From NCBI RefSeq assembly GCF_006345805.1, contig NW_021827075.1, positions 1-11,209 of the forward strand: 11,209 bases of DNA, in the 5' to 3' direction. The notes beneath the pieces are model-generated. The model had not been told where the DNA came from. It was given only the letters and a program-made list of their open reading frames with translations, and did no database searches. Made by a program: the position numbers and the translations under genes. Of this stretch, positions 8,830-11,209 are shown in pieces; position 1 is the first letter of the stretch, and each line of letters opens with the position of its first letter. The stretch is from Octopus sinensis (taxonomy: Eukaryota).

Positions 8830-8962
8830 TTTGTGATTCATAATGAAACACAACTTTCATTTAAAGCAAATCTAATTATAGAGAAATTTTTGCTTTAGGG
8901 CACTAAATAAATTTTTCAAGAAAATAATAAAATTTAACTAATTTCTTTTTTGACTCTCAGGG

Positions 8963-9330
8963 ACAACTAATTCATTTGATTATGATTTGGGATGGAGTCG
9001 TCATGAAGTTCTCCGAAAATTATATCGATAACTTATCTATTGAAGAAGCAAAGAGGACGCACATCCAATCAGTTACGCTGAAAATGACTCATAAGAGTAT
9101 GCTAATTGAGCAAAAATTGGATGAAGGTATCTGATAAAGAGTATGATTCTATTTCTGATCGGTTTGTTGAGATATCATGTACTGGTAGAGACGACCCAAT
9201 GATTTCTGAAGAAGACACATTGATAAAATAAGATGTGATGCTTTTGAGTAAAAGGCAATGTGAGATAAGCTCTTCTTCTAAAAAAGAGAGTGGATACTAA
9301 CGATTTGGAGTGCAGGTACACTTAATCAGA
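8963..9330 (+). mobile_element. Third R4/Dong-like fragment: 5'-truncated 3' end paralogous to ~984-1350
   Basis: TATGATTTGGGATGGAGTCGTC vs TATGACATGGGATGGAGTTGTC; ATCCAATC, GATGAAGGTATCTG, ACGACCCAATGA, CTCTTCTTC and GAGAGTGGATA anchors are shared in the same order. Contains stops and indels. Confidence 0.85.
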
Positions 9331-9399
9331 TTTAAAAATATTTTTCTAAAAATAAAGAATACTTTAAAAAATTAGTTATTCTGGCTTTAATATAGAAGG

Positions 9400-9480
9400 T
9401 TCAAGCATTGATGTTGACCCTCCAAACATTAGTGTTGACGCTTCAAGCATTAGGTTAAAGCTTCAAAAATTAGCGTTTTT
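9400..9480. repeat. Degenerate 21-bp tandem repeat, about 4 units
   Basis: TTCAAGCATTGATGTTGACCC / TCCAAACATTAGTGTTGACGC / TTCAAGCATTAGGTTAAAGC / TTCAAAAATTAGCG.. Confidence 0.75.
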
Positions 9481-9569
9481 TAGGAAATCAAAACATTTTT
9501 ACTAAATCAAAGTAGCTATTTATTAGTTGTTACTTTCTTCTCGGCAAGGGAAATATATCTGAACATTCT

Positions 9570-9755
9570 AAGTTAAAAAGATTCATGATTATTAGGGCAA
9601 TTTAAGTTAAAAAAGTTAAAATATATGAAAATGTGTATTTTGGCTTAAAAGTAAAAATAAAGTATTTTTTAAATGAAATAGTTACTTATTAAAGAAAAAA
9701 ATAAAGTTAAAAAGTTAAAAAAAATTTTTTTATAAAGTTAAAAATTTTAACTTTA
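9570..9755. repeat. Cluster of AAGTTAAAA motifs upstream of the CGGBP1-like ORF; possible subterminal repeats or promoter
   Basis: AAGTTAAAA at about 9570, 9604, 9613, 9704, 9712 and 9735, with an inverted TTTTAACTT at ~9744. TAGGGCAA at 9593 resembles a hAT-type 5' end, but no partner was found. Confidence 0.45.
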
Positions 9756-9781
9756 TTTAAAATAGCGCGTGGGTGTTTAGT

Positions 9782-10199
9782 ATGCCAAGAACTGCAAAAA
9801 CAATGTATTTTAAGGCAAAAAAAATTGTTATTGAATATCCGCTGGAGTTTTTATTACGAGAGAATGGCGAGTTGCAATGTCAACTTTGCTTATGCACAGT
9901 CAGGTGTGAGAAAAAGCATTTTGTGAATTCTCACCGAGAATCGAAGAAGCACTCAAATTTATTAAGTTTTTACAAATTAATATAATTTTTAGAGAATAAT
10001 TTCTATCAGCCTTGTTTGGACGAGTTACCCAATGATGACTGGTCAATGCAAGTCACTAAAGCATTTATTCAATGCGATATACCCTTGCATAAATTGACTA
10101 TGCCTCCTCTAAAGAATTTATTCAAGAATACTTCTTTGCCTCTTCCTTCCCAATACAAAGCAAGAATGTGCGTTAAACAATTGAAAACTGAATATATTG
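9782..10199 (+). pseudogene. CGGBP1-like (hAT-related) transposase N-terminus with C2H2/BED-type zinc finger; 3'-truncated, one micro-intron
   Basis: MPRTAKTMYFKAKKIVIEYPLEFLLRENGELQCQLCLCTVRCEKKHFVNSHRESKKHSNLL|KNNFYQPCLDELPNDDWSMQVTKAFIQCDIPLHKLTMPPLKNLFKNTSLPLPSQYKARMCVKQL. The CxxC..H..S.KH and AF...DIPL.KL...L..LF.....LPS motifs match the CGGBP1 family. No DDE core present. Confidence 0.8.
9966..9992 (+). other. Putative 27-nt spliceosomal intron (phase 1)
   Basis: GTTTTTACAAATTAATATAATTTTTAG contains the only in-frame stop (TAA 9983-9985). Removal fuses ORF-track entries 9773..9985 and 10016..10303 in one frame (LL-K-NNFYQP). Confidence 0.75.
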
Positions 10200-10496
10200 T
10201 ATTATGTCGCGTCCCATGGTGGTTACGCATCCCATGCTGGCTACATGTCACCTGTCAATCAATCATTTTTACGAGGTCATTGGCTGTCAGATGTCATAAT
10301 TAATGTGGTTTAATCATTCGTTACTCGTGTGGGCATATTTAATATTTTTAGCGTTATTATTTAATTTTCAACATGTCCTCTTTAAAATGTTTTCCCCTGT
10401 ATATGTAATAATAGGTTTTGTAAAAAATATCTCAGAATATCACATACTATAGTCAATATTTTAAATGGCCAAGACAAATACAATATAAATTAACTA

Positions 10497-10791
10497 TTCC
10501 TTCCTCGGGACCGCTACAGATTCACCCCTGTTGCGGCTGAGTCATCAGGAGCTGTTGGCCCAGCGACTGCCGAGTTCTTGCGCGAACTCGGAAGAATGCT
10601 CGCCACAAAGAAAAATGATCCTCGTGAAGGAGTATGGCTAAGACAAAGGATCGGAATAGCCATACTCCGAGGGAACTCGCTTTCCATACAGGCAGCGGGC
10701 TTCCTCAATTGATTTCTCAAATCAATCTCAAATCAATCTCTTCTCTGAATTTATTAACTGACATTATTAATAATGAAAATATTGAAAAAAA
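10497..10791 (+). mobile_element. Young 5'-truncated CRE-like non-LTR insertion with A-tail and 15-bp TSD
   Basis: Open frame 10497-10712: FLPRDRYRFTPVAAESSGAVGPATAEFLRELGRMLATKKNDPREGVWLRQRIGIAILRGNSLSIQAAGFLN*. 3' UTR with TCTCAAATCAA x2, A-run from 10785. AATATAAATTAACTA flanks it at 10482-10496 and 10792-10806. Confidence 0.9.
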
Positions 10792-10814
10792 AATATAAAT
10801 TAACTAAAAAATCC

Positions 10815-11209
10815 ACTAAATTTATTGTCATTGAGCCTCAATCACAAGTAATGACACATTATTTATCTGTTTCAGGGTATCGTGGAAAGATTTAATCAAA
10901 CTTTAACACGAAATCTTTCAAAGCTGATGAGTGAAGAATCAACTAAAAACTGGATCCAATTTATTAAACGAAGCACTTTTACATATAACACGACTATTCA
11001 TTCTTCTATAAATGAAACACCATTTAAAAACTAAGAGGAGTTTCTGGTATAAACACCGTCATTCATGATGATAAAAGTTTTTTTAATTTTTTTAATTTCA
11101 AAGAAAGTGAATGTTCGGATGATTTTTATCATGTATCATCAAAGGATATGGATGTAGAAAATATTTTAGATGTTTCAGGTAAATTTAATAAATTTTTATT
11201 GTTGAAACG
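10815..11209 (+). pseudogene. Second Ginger/KRBA2-like rve integrase fragment (catalytic Glu region and C-terminal linker); runs off the right edge
   Basis: EPQSQ|GIVERFNQTLTRNLSKLMSEESTKNWIQFIKRSTFTYNTTIHSSINETPFK, then a frameshift, then RGVSGINTVIHDD. Matches the PQSxGxVERxNxT / YN...HS....TPF pattern of rve integrases. Confidence 0.85.
10848..10875 (+). other. Putative 28-nt spliceosomal intron (phase 0)
   Basis: GTAATGACACATTATTTATCTGTTTCAG. Removal gives CCT CAA TCA CAA|GGT ATC GTG GAA AGA TTT AAT CAA = PQSQGIVERFNQ. Confidence 0.88.

Noticed and set aside
8027-8836. ORFs 8027..8353, 8106..8312, 8533..8724 and 8651..8836 as assignable genes
   Set aside because: Overlapping on opposite strands, alternative starts, no recognisable motif; the last two run through TIR repeats. 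Kept only as unassigned sequence.
9400-9480. CRISPR-like array
   Set aside because: Adjacent degenerate units with no unique spacers, eukaryotic context, no cas genes.
1033-10720. ORF-track entries 1033..1224, 1052..1306, 1638..1841, 4417..4626, 4710..4922, 5319..5525, 10069..10251 and 10514..10720 as real genes
   Set aside because: They are antisense or off-frame shadows of recognisable transposon proteins on the other strand or frame.
10924-10960. CTGATGAG as a hammerhead ribozyme core
   Set aside because: It lies in integrase codons (KLMS) and lacks flanking stems and a properly placed GAAA.
1-11209. Ciliate genetic code (TAA/TAG = Gln) explaining the stops and ~25-nt introns
   Set aside because: Open segments use CAA/CAG for Gln, and TAA/TAG appear at normal ends, inside intron candidates or as sporadic lesions.

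Overview
AT-rich eukaryotic DNA made almost entirely of decayed, interleaved transposable elements. No intact host gene, tRNA, rRNA or CRISPR array is visible. Recognisable pieces: three R4/Dong-like (RT-CCHC-RLE) non-LTR fragments, two short 5'-truncated CRE-like non-LTR 3' ends (one with a perfect 15-bp TSD), two Ginger/KRBA2-like DDE integrase genes, a truncated Tc1 element with its left TIR, two related pogo/Tigger-type termini plus a psq/CENP-B-like HTH fragment, and a CGGBP1-like (hAT-related) transposase N-terminus. The main finding is a set of up to eight ultra-short (22-28 nt) GT-AG intron candidates inside the DNA-transposase genes and none seen in the retroelements. Removing the well-supported ones restores conserved motifs (HHCC zinc finger, first catalytic Asp region, QGxVERFNQ). 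The two integrase paralogues carry different introns 14 nt apart in the same motif, which suggests independent intron gain. The element repertoire and tiny introns suggest a microsporidian-type host (inference only; myxozoans or dicyemids are not excluded). All family assignments come from motif recognition by eye, not database searches.
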